Part shown: in pieces, positions 37,005 through 47,800 of the stretch
How the letters are laid out: every line of letters begins with the position of its first letter
Position numbering within the stretch: position 1 is the first letter of the stretch
DNA from: Promethearchaeota archaeon
Lineage (GTDB): Archaea; Asgardarchaeota; Lokiarchaeia; Sigyniarchaeales; SOKP01
Length of the DNA: 64,000 nt
Assembly (NCBI GenBank): GCA_019058245.1
Contig: JAHPZJ010000030.1
Location: 155,294 to 219,293, forward strand
Reading direction: 5' to 3'
The notes under the pieces: model-generated
Told to the model about the DNA's origin: nothing
Databases searched by the model: none
The model's input: only the letters and a program-made list of their open reading frames with translations
Made by a program: the position numbers and the translations under genes

Positions 37005-38009
37005 ATGTCATTTCATATAGAAACAAGAAAAGTACAAAAAACAGGAGGATCTTCCTATATTATATCTCTACCTAAAGTATGGATTGACAAACATGGGGTA
37101 GAAAAAAATGATACTTTAGGAATATTATCACAACCAGATGGAAATTTGTTGATAACTCCTCAGATTGAAAATGAAAAAGGTATTAAGACAAAAGAGATCG
37201 TTGTTGATGATTATAAGGATGAAAATTTTTTATTCCGGGTATTAATTGGAGCATATATTATGGGATTTTCTAGAATTGTATTAAAATCTAGTAAGAAATT
37301 TGAACCTTTAATGAGAGATACTATAACCAATTTCACTCAAATCGCAATAGGGCCAGAAATTATTGAAGAATCTAATAATTTCATTATGATTAAAGATTTA
37401 CTAAATCCTAAAGAAATGCCTTTTGAAAAAACAATAAAAAGAATGTATATTCTTGTACAGGATATGCATGAGGATGCAATCGATGCTCTAGAAACAGGGA
37501 AAAGCGAATTGGCTGAAGAAGTAATCAAAAGAGACGATGATGTTGACAGATTACATTGGTTGATTAGTCGTCAATCCCATATTGTATTGAGAGATATAAT
37601 TCTTTGCCAGAAAATGGGGATAACTTTAGAACAAGCGAGTCATTATCAACAAATGAGTAGATTCCTTGAAAGAATTGGGGATCATGCTTCAAAGATAGCT
37701 AAAAATGTCTTAATTCTTTTAAAACAAAAAATTGATGATAAGTTAAAGGATGAACTAAAAGAAGTAAGTAAATTGTCACTAGATTTATTGAATAAAAGTC
37801 TTGATGCTTGGCTTCAGAAAAGTATTAGTTTAGCGAATGAAAATATTGAAGAGATAAAAATATTAATCTCAATCACAGAGAAGATAAGTCTTAATACAAA
37901 TGTAAATGTGCAAGTTTCAATGGCGATAGGATATATTATTGAAAGTATAAGAAGAACGGCAGAATACTCTGGAGATATTTCTGAAATAATAATTAATAAT
38001 CTAGTATAA
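37005..38009 (+). CDS. AbrB/SpoVT-domain plus PhoU-domain transcriptional regulator (archaeal phosphate uptake regulator type)
   Basis: 334-aa ORF. The N-terminal swapped-hairpin motif is VQKTGGSSYIISLPKVWIDKHGVEKNDTLGI. PhoU repeats follow (DDDVDRLHWLI, SRFLERIGDHASKIAKN). It is divergent from pstS. Confidence 0.8.
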   Translation: MSFHIETRKVQKTGGSSYIISLPKVWIDKHGVEKNDTLGILSQPDGNLLITPQIENEKGIKTKEIVVDDYKDENFLFRVLIGAYIMGFSRIVLKSSKKFEPLMRDTITNFTQIAIGPEIIEESNNFIMIKDLLNPKEMPFEKTIKRMYILVQDMHEDAIDALETGKSELAEEVIKRDDDVDRLHWLISRQSHIVLRDIILCQKMGITLEQASHYQQMSRFLERIGDHASKIAKNVLILLKQKIDDKLKDELKEVSKLSLDLLNKSLDAWLQKSISLANENIEEIKILISITEKISLNTNVNVQVSMAIGYIIESIRRTAEYSGDISEIIINNLV

Positions 38010-38200
38010 TTCCATAGTATTTATCTATATTAATCTTTACATAATTACTTCTGAATATATACTACGTGGAGTTGATTTATTATCTATTTTTTTTAATCCG
38101 TAGTAAATTTCATAAATCCTTAGGGCTCTTTTGATTTTTTAAGTAAATAATCTTAAGCACAAAATAATATAAGAATATAGGTTTAAGGAGAATAAATTAT

Positions 38201-38374
38201 ATGTTAAATCAAGTCCAACATAGAATAAGTAAATTAGAGCTCTCAATCAATCTTTTAGAAGAGCACTTGCGCAAATTTGGTCAACAAATAAAACCAGGAC
38301 CTTTTAAATTTATAAAATATCAAATTGAAAACATGAAACGTGAAATCCAGATAAGGCGAGATTATCCTATATAA
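38201..38374 (+). CDS. possible unannotated 57-aa coiled-coil mini-protein
   Basis: The ATG at 38201 is preceded by AAGGAG 12 nt upstream. Translation is MLNQVQHRISKLELSINLLEEHLRKFGQQIKPGPFKFIKYQIENMKREIQIRRDYPI*. It falls below the 60-aa track cutoff. Confidence 0.25.
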   Translation: MLNQVQHRISKLELSINLLEEHLRKFGQQIKPGPFKFIKYQIENMKREIQIRRDYPI

Positions 38375-38549
38375 TATAAGAGTAGTTTTTTTCTATTTAT
38401 TTCAATGTATAATTAAATTCCTAAAATTTCATATTTACTTCAACTATATATTAGTTCTTTTTTGATGAATTTATCGTTCGAATTATATATATAATAATAT
38501 AAATAATTATAACTCCAAATCTAAATTTATTAGAAAACTATTTTGTTTT

Positions 38550-39860
38550 TTGGTAGCTCTTATGGAAAATAATACAATAGAACTAAAAAAGTTCTATATT
38601 GGAATATTTTCACTAACTTATTTCACTCAAGGTATTACACAGTCATTTTTTACCACAATTATACCAATTTATTTATTACAATTAATTACAACATTAGATG
38701 CTGGTAAGGTTTCTTCAGTTATGTCAATGATACTTCTTCCTTTTGGAGTGAAATTTATCTATGGGATACTTTCAGATAAATTTGGTTTAAAAAAAAGGGG
38801 AAGGAGAAAACCTTGGATAATTTTTCCTTCAATTATATCTGGTTTACTATGGATAATTCTTCCCTTTGTATTAACACCTAGTAATGCTATGTTAATGGTA
38901 ACATTTCTGGGAGTTTTAATTGTTATTGGAGTGGCAATAGTAGACACTGCAATTGATGGTTTTATTCTCGATCTTTATCCTAAAGAAAGACTTGGACGAG
39001 TTCAAGGAATATGTTGGGGATTTAGATCTTTAGGAATTATTGCTGGTGGACCATTACTAATAGTACTTTTTTTAGGTTTGAGAAGTGTTGTAGAATTTTC
39101 TTTTATAATATTAGGATTTGCAATGATTGTCTTTCCTTTTTTAGTTTTAATTATAAGAGAAACAAAAAAGCCATTATCCATAAATGCATTTAAAAATCTG
39201 AAAGAAATTTTTTATGCGCGTAAAAATTGGAAAGTATTTGGTTTTTCATTATTTAATGCAATTAGTGATGGGGTAATTTTTGTAATTCTACCACTTTTTG
39301 TTCTCATTCAATGGGGGTTAGTTGGAGCTACAGGATCTGAAATTGTTCTTATTGAAAATTTTAATTTATATGCTCCGAACGCTCTAGTTGCTTTGATTAT
39401 TGGTTTAGGTATTATTATTGGATCTTTAATTGGAGGAAGAATTGCAGATCTAAAATCTCGAAAACGTAGTGTTTATTATTCTATCATTATTGAAACAGTC
39501 TGTTTTCTACTTTTTCTAATTCCAGTGCCCTGGTATATTTTATTGATATTTTCATTATTTATAGGAATTGCCTCTGGTTGGAAATATTCCGCATATTCAG
39601 CTGTAATTGGTCAGGAATCACAACTTTATCCTGAAATGGACAGTTCCTATTATGCAACCTGTAGTTCTTTTACTAATTTAGGTACTACATTAGGATTACA
39701 ACTCACAAGTATTTTATTCTTAAGTTTCGCTGGTCTCTCGGTATTTGTAACTTATGCGTTTATTTTTTTAATAATGGGAATCTTAATTAATGTAGATCTG
39801 CTTCCCTTTAATTTCATGGATCCTAAGGAATATGAGATAAATAGAGCGTTAATTGAATAA
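38550..39860 (+). CDS. MFS transporter, folate-biopterin (BT1)-family-like
   Basis: 436-aa ORF with about 12 TM segments. LLPFGVKFIYGILSDKFGLKKRGRRKPWIIF resembles the BT1 loop motif (LP...K...G.LSD......RR). The start may be the ATG at 38562 rather than the TTG. Confidence 0.6.
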   Translation: MVALMENNTIELKKFYIGIFSLTYFTQGITQSFFTTIIPIYLLQLITTLDAGKVSSVMSMILLPFGVKFIYGILSDKFGLKKRGRRKPWIIFPSIISGLLWIILPFVLTPSNAMLMVTFLGVLIVIGVAIVDTAIDGFILDLYPKERLGRVQGICWGFRSLGIIAGGPLLIVLFLGLRSVVEFSFIILGFAMIVFPFLVLIIRETKKPLSINAFKNLKEIFYARKNWKVFGFSLFNAISDGVIFVILPLFVLIQWGLVGATGSEIVLIENFNLYAPNALVALIIGLGIIIGSLIGGRIADLKSRKRSVYYSIIIETVCFLLFLIPVPWYILLIFSLFIGIASGWKYSAYSAVIGQESQLYPEMDSSYYATCSSFTNLGTTLGLQLTSILFLSFAGLSVFVTYAFIFLIMGILINVDLLPFNFMDPKEYEINRALIE

Positions 39861-39990
39861 AGAAATTGATTTTCAAAATTTTTTTAATTTTTTCTATCAT
39901 TAATTAAATTTGTGTTCCTTTTTCGTAATGTTTTTATTATTTAGATTATGATTATTCTAATACATTTCTTAACCCAATTTTAAAAAGTAG

Positions 39991-41181
39991 GTGTTTTCAA
40001 TTAAATTAGAATATTCTGAAAGATATAAAAGACTTCCAACCTATATTTTTGTTGAGATAGAACAATTACTTTCAGAAAAAAGAAAAAAAGGGGTTGATAT
40101 TATTCCTTTGGGAATAGGAGATCCTGATATTCCGACTCCTAATTTAATTATCAATGAATTAATAGATCAAGTGAAGAAACCAGAGAATCACCAATATCCC
40201 TCAAGCATGGGAGAAGAAGATTTTAGAGAGGGCGTTGCTAACTGGTATAAGACTAGATTTCATGTTGATTTAGATCCAAAAGAAGAGATTTCAAATATAA
40301 TTGGAGGAAAAGAAGGCGTAGCTAACATTGCTAGAGCATTTGTGAATCCAGGAGATATAGTTCTCTGTCCTAATCCCGGATATCCTGTTTATGAGAACGG
40401 AGCAACAAAATTATGTGATGCCTATCCACATTCAATGCCACTTTTAAAAGAGAACGATTTTTTGCCGGACTTAGATATTATTGATACAAAAATTCTTAAA
40501 AAAGCAAAATTAATGTATTTGAACTATCCTAATAATCCTACTGGTGCGATTGCACCAAAAGAATACCTAAAAAAAGTGGTTGATTATGCTCAAGATTATA
40601 ACTTTTTTATAGTTCATGATAATCCTTATTCAGAATTTACATTTGATGATTATATAGCACCTTCAATTTTACAAATAGATCAGAATCATGTTGAAATCAA
40701 TAGTGCATCTAAAATGTTTAATATGACAGGATTTCGATGTGGATGGATTGCTGGAAATAAAGAAATAATACAAGGAATAAGAAAGATTAAATCTCAAATT
40801 GATTCAGGATGCCCTACTTTTATCCAGAGAGCCGTACTTAAAGGATTAAATGAGTATAACTCTCAAAAAAAACCAGAAATAGTTGAGAAAACAGTAAAAA
40901 TATATGAAAAACGCAGAGATACTATGATTAAAGGATTAAATAATATTGGTTGGTTAACAAATACACCTCAAGCAACGTTTTACGTCTGGATTCAAATACC
41001 TGATAAATATCTTAATAAAGGTTGTATGAATTTTGTAAAATCTTTAATAGAAGTTGGAGTTGTTCTCACTCCAGGGATTGGATTTGGTCAATATGGGGAG
41101 GGTTTTGTTAGAATAGCTTTAACACAGTCAGAACACCGTATAAAAGAAGCAATAGAACGAATTGATAAAGTGATAAATTAA
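39991..41181 (+). CDS. class I PLP aminotransferase, LL-diaminopimelate aminotransferase (DapL)-like
   Basis: 396-aa ORF with a GTG start. It has LPTYIFVEIEQL...IPLGIGDPDIPTP at the N terminus, NYPNNPTG, and the PLP-Lys motif NSASKMFNMTGFRCGW. Confidence 0.7.
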   Translation: MFSIKLEYSERYKRLPTYIFVEIEQLLSEKRKKGVDIIPLGIGDPDIPTPNLIINELIDQVKKPENHQYPSSMGEEDFREGVANWYKTRFHVDLDPKEEISNIIGGKEGVANIARAFVNPGDIVLCPNPGYPVYENGATKLCDAYPHSMPLLKENDFLPDLDIIDTKILKKAKLMYLNYPNNPTGAIAPKEYLKKVVDYAQDYNFFIVHDNPYSEFTFDDYIAPSILQIDQNHVEINSASKMFNMTGFRCGWIAGNKEIIQGIRKIKSQIDSGCPTFIQRAVLKGLNEYNSQKKPEIVEKTVKIYEKRRDTMIKGLNNIGWLTNTPQATFYVWIQIPDKYLNKGCMNFVKSLIEVGVVLTPGIGFGQYGEGFVRIALTQSEHRIKEAIERIDKVIN

Positions 41182-41228
41182 TTAATTTAAAAAAAGTTAA
41201 TAAAATATTAAGGAATCTTATTTTTTTT

Positions 41229-41408
41229 TTAGTCCAGTCTTTTTTTCATTTTTAGTCTCAAGGCTTCTAGTCTTCTCTCATCTTTTGCCTCAAGACTTTC
41301 TGAAAAATCATTAGGAATGTCAATAGACATCATGACTGGAGCTTTATAAGAATCCCAATCTTTATAATAATCCAATATTAGATCAATTTCACTTGATTCT
41401 TCCTCCAA
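41229..41408 (-). CDS. possible unannotated 59-aa acidic/basic mini-protein
   Basis: TTG start preceded by GGAGGTGA. Translation is (M)EEESSEIDLILDYYKDWDSYKAPVMMSIDIPNDFSESLEAKDERRLEALRLKMKKRLD*. It is just below the track cutoff. Confidence 0.25.
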   Translation of the reverse strand: MEEESSEIDLILDYYKDWDSYKAPVMMSIDIPNDFSESLEAKDERRLEALRLKMKKRLD

Positions 41409-41575
41409 GAATTTTCACCTCCATTTTTTATTGAAGCCTTCACAAGGAGAATTAAATCTACAATTGACCAATTTCAAATAAATTTCATTGAGTTGTAGTT
41501 ATAAAAGAGAACAAATCAGGAAAAATTATAAGAAAGAGGTCAAGAGTTTTGATTTATTCTCTCTTAATACCACGG

Positions 41576-41587
41576 ATTACCGGTAAT
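41576..41587. promoter_or_regulatory. perfect 12-bp palindrome ATTACCGGTAAT flanked by TAATACC direct repeats, upstream of the giant gene
   Basis: The sequence is its own reverse complement. TAATACC occurs at 41564-41570 and 41584-41590. It is the only GC-containing island in the 660-bp spacer, 256 nt upstream of the ATG at 41844. Confidence 0.25.
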
Positions 41588-41843
41588 ACCTTACCTTGTG
41601 TCTTACACCAATAATCCATAGTATAATGTGAAAAACTCATTATTTAAAATAAGTTTGAATAGCTATATAAATCTTCCCATTCCAATCCCATTTATCAAAT
41701 TATTTTTAATTTCAATAATTTTTCTCAAGGAATTAAGGAAAGAATAATTATAATGACCTTGTTTTATAGCAAATAAACTAATGATAAATTTATTAACATA
41801 TATTTTTATTATCTTCAAAATAAATTAAAAGATTTATTGGGCG

Positions 41844-44800
41844 ATGAACTCCGAAAATAAAAATTATTCACAAGAAAAAATTAAAAAGGCTACGGAATTT
41901 CTTCAGAAGTCATGGTGGTTTTGTTTTTACTTAGTTATTGCTCCATTGATTATTGCTTTTTTAATAATAGTTATTTTTATTCAATCTGGAGTAAATATTT
42001 ATATCTCATTAGCATTTTCTGTTTTAAGTTTTATTTTTACACTACTTTTCTTTTTTAAAGTATATGATAAATACAGAAGAAAGCCATTTTTTCTAAATAA
42101 AGAGAATAACCCTACAGCCAGAATTCATAGTTTGTTCTTAATTTCTATATTTTCTTTGATAATAACACCAATATTTTACTTAATTTCACTTATGAATATC
42201 CCATTTACTTTACTTCCTCTAATTAGTTATGCTATTCTTTATAATATCATCTATTATTATTATTATCTTCAACCATTAGATTATTTCAACTTAGAAGAGA
42301 AGGAGTTTAAACATACTGAGAATATCAAGTTAATGTTTATACAACCGTATAACTTTATAATATTTCTTAATTATTTAATCCATATCATTTTCTTAGGAAT
42401 TACAGCATCTACAGAATTTTCTTGGCTTTTCAGTTTAATTTCAGATATAGCAGTCTATATACTCACTTTAGTATCAACTAAAGATCAAATTAGGAAGATT
42501 AAGGAACTTATTGCTGAGAATAAGTCAATTGTAAAAGATTTAATTGTTTTTAAAAAGAAATTTGTAGTTTGTATAGTTAATCTTCTTTTTATCTTATTAA
42601 TTCAAATGCCTTTTGTCAGTATCATTATGTTCAGTCTTAGAGGTGTTCTATATTCAAGTTTAGAACTTATAAGTTATGCATTTTTAACAGTAATTTTCAT
42701 CTTGTTCTATTTTAAATCTAGGTACTATATTAGTGTGTACTATAACACAAGACTTAAATTGTATATAGTATCTGATAATATCAATATTTCAAAAGAAAGT
42801 ACGTTTATAGAATATTTCAAGTATCAAAAACATAATTCTTATTTATCCGGAGTGTTAATTCTATTAATTACTATATTCTCTTTTTTAATTGAAATTCCTC
42901 TTTTAAATGTAATTATTCTTCCTTTCATTTTTATTCTTCTTTATTATGAACAAAAATCAGATCTCTGTCCTAAAAAATATAGCAGATTTGTAGCTTTATT
43001 AAATTCAATTTCAATATTGGCTTCTATCGCTTTTGGTTTAATACCATTGATATCTGAGATGCCCTTATTAAACTTTTTAATTTTTTGTCTTTCATTGTAT
43101 TTTGTATTACAAATTTTTGCTAGATATAAATATTTCATTAAGGATGATATTCTTTTATACCAAAATCTACTTGCTATAGCAAGTTTTATATTATTATTTT
43201 ACTCATTCTTTCCGATAGCTATTATCGAATATACAACCTTTACATCAAACCCAATAATAATTCTTATTTCAAATATACTTTTACATTCATTGATTATTTT
43301 AGTAACCTTCTTAATTTCATTATATATTCTAGGGGTTCGATATTTTTATGCTAAGACCCCGAAATCATTTAAGACCTATATTATCATAATAAGTTTTTTA
43401 ATTGAACTTGTTATTTTTGCACTCATCAATTTTAGGAACTTTTTAGTATTGGGATTTATCAATTTTTTATATTCACTTTGCATCTCATCAATTTTATTCC
43501 CAATTGTTTTCATAGTTTTCCTTTTTGTAAATTATAGTCTAAATGCATTCAAATTAGAATATTTCTTAACCTTATGTTATTATATTTTTTGGATTTTTAT
43601 TGTTGATTTCTTCATTTCTCTGCTGATTATCTCTTTACTCAATATTTACATCATTGTTCTAATATTAGATTGTTTAATTTCATCCATTTTTTATTATTTT
43701 ATATTGAAATTTGGTATGGAATTAGAAAAAATAAATGAATCCAAATTTAATACAAATAATAAAATCAATTCCTATTTAATTGGTATTGAGCTTTTATCAT
43801 TATTTTTTACTATTTTTTTTATAGCTTTTCAATCTATCTCCTTAGCAGAAAATTTAATCTATTCATTATATTTATCATTACTAATCGTCGGTGGATTAGT
43901 CAATCTATTTTCAAAAATAGAAATTTTTTCGGAAGACCTCATTCTTAGAATAAATGCATTTATTCTATTATATAGCTCATTAATAGCTTTTTACTTCATT
44001 TTATTACTTACTTTTAATACAACTTATGTTTATATAGTTCCTCTACTGGTCTTTTCTACAATTTTTTACTTACCGCTTTTATTTTTGAAGAAGAAAAGCA
44101 TATTCAAAAACTTTATATCTAAGTTATTAAAAGTAAATAGTCTGCTATTTTCAGCAACATTATCCTTAATTCCCATTATTATAGGTTTGGAAATGTTCAA
44201 TTTAGGATTATATTTTGATTTAATTTTTTTAATATTTTCTGTAATCAATTTTAGCTTATATATTGTATTCGCTCTTCTTGGTATTTACTATTTCTTATTG
44301 AAGAAAATCAAGGTTGATGAAAATCGAGTTAATCTGATTCTTAAATTACATATATTAATAGCAGTAATTATTGGAATTACAACGATATTTTATTATCCAT
44401 TTTTTCTATTAACCGGGACATTCTATTGCATAGTATTACCATTGATTTTTATGTTCTGCTTCTTTTATATACCTCTTTTTTACTCTTACAAGAAACAGTT
44501 GTTTAATGTTAAACTAGTTAAATTAGAAATAGTTTTAATTACTATAGCTTTAACAGGTTTATTTACTTCAATACCTTCAATAGTTAGTTTAGATTTAATA
44601 AATAAAAGTTTGATATTTTATTCTAAGGTTTTACCTGTAAATATTATAAACTTTTCCTTCTACATTTTCTTTATTTTTTTATTAATTCTTAGTAGTCTAT
44701 TTAAAAAATTAGAATTAAAAAGCAAATTTATTTTAAATTTAGGTAGATTACAATTCTTTACCATATTTTGTATTTCTATTACTACACTATTTTTCTACCC

Positions 44801-47800
44801 ATTTTCATTGTTAAGTGGATTTTTTTATAAAATCCTTATTTCTTTCATTGCTTTATTGTCTTCTTGGTTTTTTATTTTCTATTATGCTTATAGAAAAGAA
44901 TATTTCAATCTAGTATTAGTAAGACTATTAACAATCTATAATTTTACTGTATTATCGTGCTTAATTATTTCGTTACCATTTATAATTGGATTAGAAGTAT
45001 TTGGATTCGCAGCTAATTTCATCCTAATAATAACCCTAACACTATTAATTCTATTTGTTTTTCTTAATATTTTTGAGATTATCGCAAATAAAATTAAGTT
45101 AAAAGAAAGATATATAAAATATTCTAAATTGCTTAAACCAATTCTCTTTTTTCTATTATCATTATTTTTGTCTTATTATATATCTACGATTTTTATTATT
45201 AGACTTACACTAACTCCTATAACTTTTCTAGTGTTAAGTTGTAGCTTTTTAGTTTTTTTCTTATTAAGTATGTATACCCTGGAACTTACATTTTCCTATG
45301 ATCCCAAATTATTGACATTAAAAAAGTATAAAGATATTATCATTTATGGAATCATTCTTTCATTATCATCAATTTTTACTTTTTTAAGCATATCAACAAA
45401 TATTCTTTCATCTTTTTTTCTAACTTCAATAATATTTAATTCATCTATTATAATTGGTGTTTTTACTTCATTATTTCTTTTATTTTTGATTCTGGGTGAC
45501 AATTTAATAGAATTGAAATTACCGCAGGTAAAAATAATCTGCGAATTAATTGCATGGGTAATTATAAAGGTAATATTATGCATTTTAACATTTTTTCTTA
45601 TTGACGTTTTTGCGTATCAATTCTTTATTGTAAATAAAATATTGCTAGTTTCATTAATTTTTACCGTTCTTACACCCTTAAGTCTTCATATATTAAAAAA
45701 TCTGAGTTTAGTATCATCTAAAAATAAATTACTAATAAAAAAACTAACTGAAATTGTATTTATTATTTCTTTATTAGGAATTTATACTGAAATTTCTTAC
45801 AATTTATTAAATTTAATACCACTATTTTATCAGAACTCACTTTTGAAAATAGTATCTCTCACTATTAATCTGATTTTAATTTTATATTATTTTTCTATAA
45901 AGTATAATAGAGTACTAGAAGAACATTCTTCACTCAATATTTACAGCTTTTATTTAACATCCTTCTTATTATTTTTCAGCTTTCTTTATTTTAATACTAA
46001 TCTTTCAGTTTTCCTTATATTACTATCGTATGTATTAATTCTTTCTAAGAGGAGCATAATTTCTATTTTTCGGTTTTTATCATATTTCTTACTAAGTTAT
46101 TATACTTTTACTACGATTCTAGTAATTATAAATTTCTATGGGGTTACAATAGCGTTTAATTTAACAAATCTAAGTATATTCATCAATCTATATCTCTTAA
46201 CGACAATTTTCGTTTTGGTTTTCTCTATTATTCTAAATATAAAGAAAAATAATACCCAAGAAAAATTTACATTATATTCTCTAATTTCTATACTCTCTTA
46301 TGTTTCTCTCATGAACTTTACAAATATTTTATCAATTTATAACATTACAATTTCACTTTTCATATTCTTATTCTTTATGGGAATTTACTTTCATCATCAA
46401 AAAGATGAACGTTATAAATGGTTTATTAAGCCTTGTTTAATTTTGTTTATCTTTGACTTTATTAGCTTTCTATCATATTCATGGTTCTTTAATAATCAGA
46501 TTTATGATACTTACAATCCAATTTTAACTTTCACTCTTACTCTTAGTATAACAGGTTTTGGATTCGTTTTATTGTATAATGAGGCTCCAAGAAAATTTCG
46601 AAAGAAATTCTTCTATATTATACTAGCATCAATAGTTATTGCTTTTCCAATCTTTATCTATTTTTTAATGATTGCGTCTTTATCAATGCCATTATTATCT
46701 ATAGTTCCATTAATAGTCGCAATAGATTTTGGTGTTTTTCTTTTTTATCTTTGTATTGCAATATATCACTGGAGGATTTCATGGGCAATTTGGAAATCTG
46801 GATGGTATGTGTGGAATATTCTACCTTTTGTTAACTTCTTTATTATATATCAAAGTTTTACTGGAATTGATGTATTCACTGACTCATTGCAATTTGGATT
46901 AATTCAAGTAGAAGGTTCATTAATAATTTCAATGATAATATGTTCTTTATTTTTCTTGCCAGTATTGTATACAAAAATTAAAAAATATTTTTTTTATATA
47001 ATATTTATTATATGGGGTGAAAGTCTATTTTTACTCTATTGGGTTAACTCAAATTTATTTGTCAGTGATCTAGTATTAAGAAATTTATCTTTTGTTTTAT
47101 TTTCAGTTATACTATTAATGCCTTTATTCGCGGGATTTAAATATTGGAAAATGGTGTCGATATTTTGGCTTTTATTAACTATAATTAATAGTTTATTTTT
47201 ATTGGGCTATTTAGTTTCTATTGGGGTCAATTTAGAAATGGTAATTTCAATTGACATTTTAGTTTTTGGGTTATTTTTTATTGTTTATTCATTTTTTCCA
47301 AATATAAGATCCTATGGAGTTATATTAATAAGTGCCTATCTTATTACACTTTCAGGTATTTTCTCCACAGTTTTATTCATTTTTTATTTATTATTATTAG
47401 ATCCCATATTTTCTGTGAACATTAGTTTTATCATAGTTGGTTTAAGTCTTTTTTCCTCAAAATATTTAAAATTATCGAATAGAATTATAGATCATAGTCT
47501 CTCTTGGGTATTAATATTCAACTTAGCATGGTTAACTTTCAATACTTTCAATCTATTTCCAGGATTTGTTGTGTTTGCATTCTCTTTAGCACTAACTGTT
47601 TTTGGATTTTCATTTTTCATCTTTAATCACTACAAAATGAAAATGCCTATTAGAATTATAATTCCAAGTTCAATTATCACGATTGGGGCTTCTCTTTCAG
47701 TCACCTCTTTTATATCTTTAATTTTTAAAGCATCCCCCGGGATATTAATCTCTACGTTTTCTTCAGTATTTATAGTATTCTTATATTTTTTAATTAAAGA

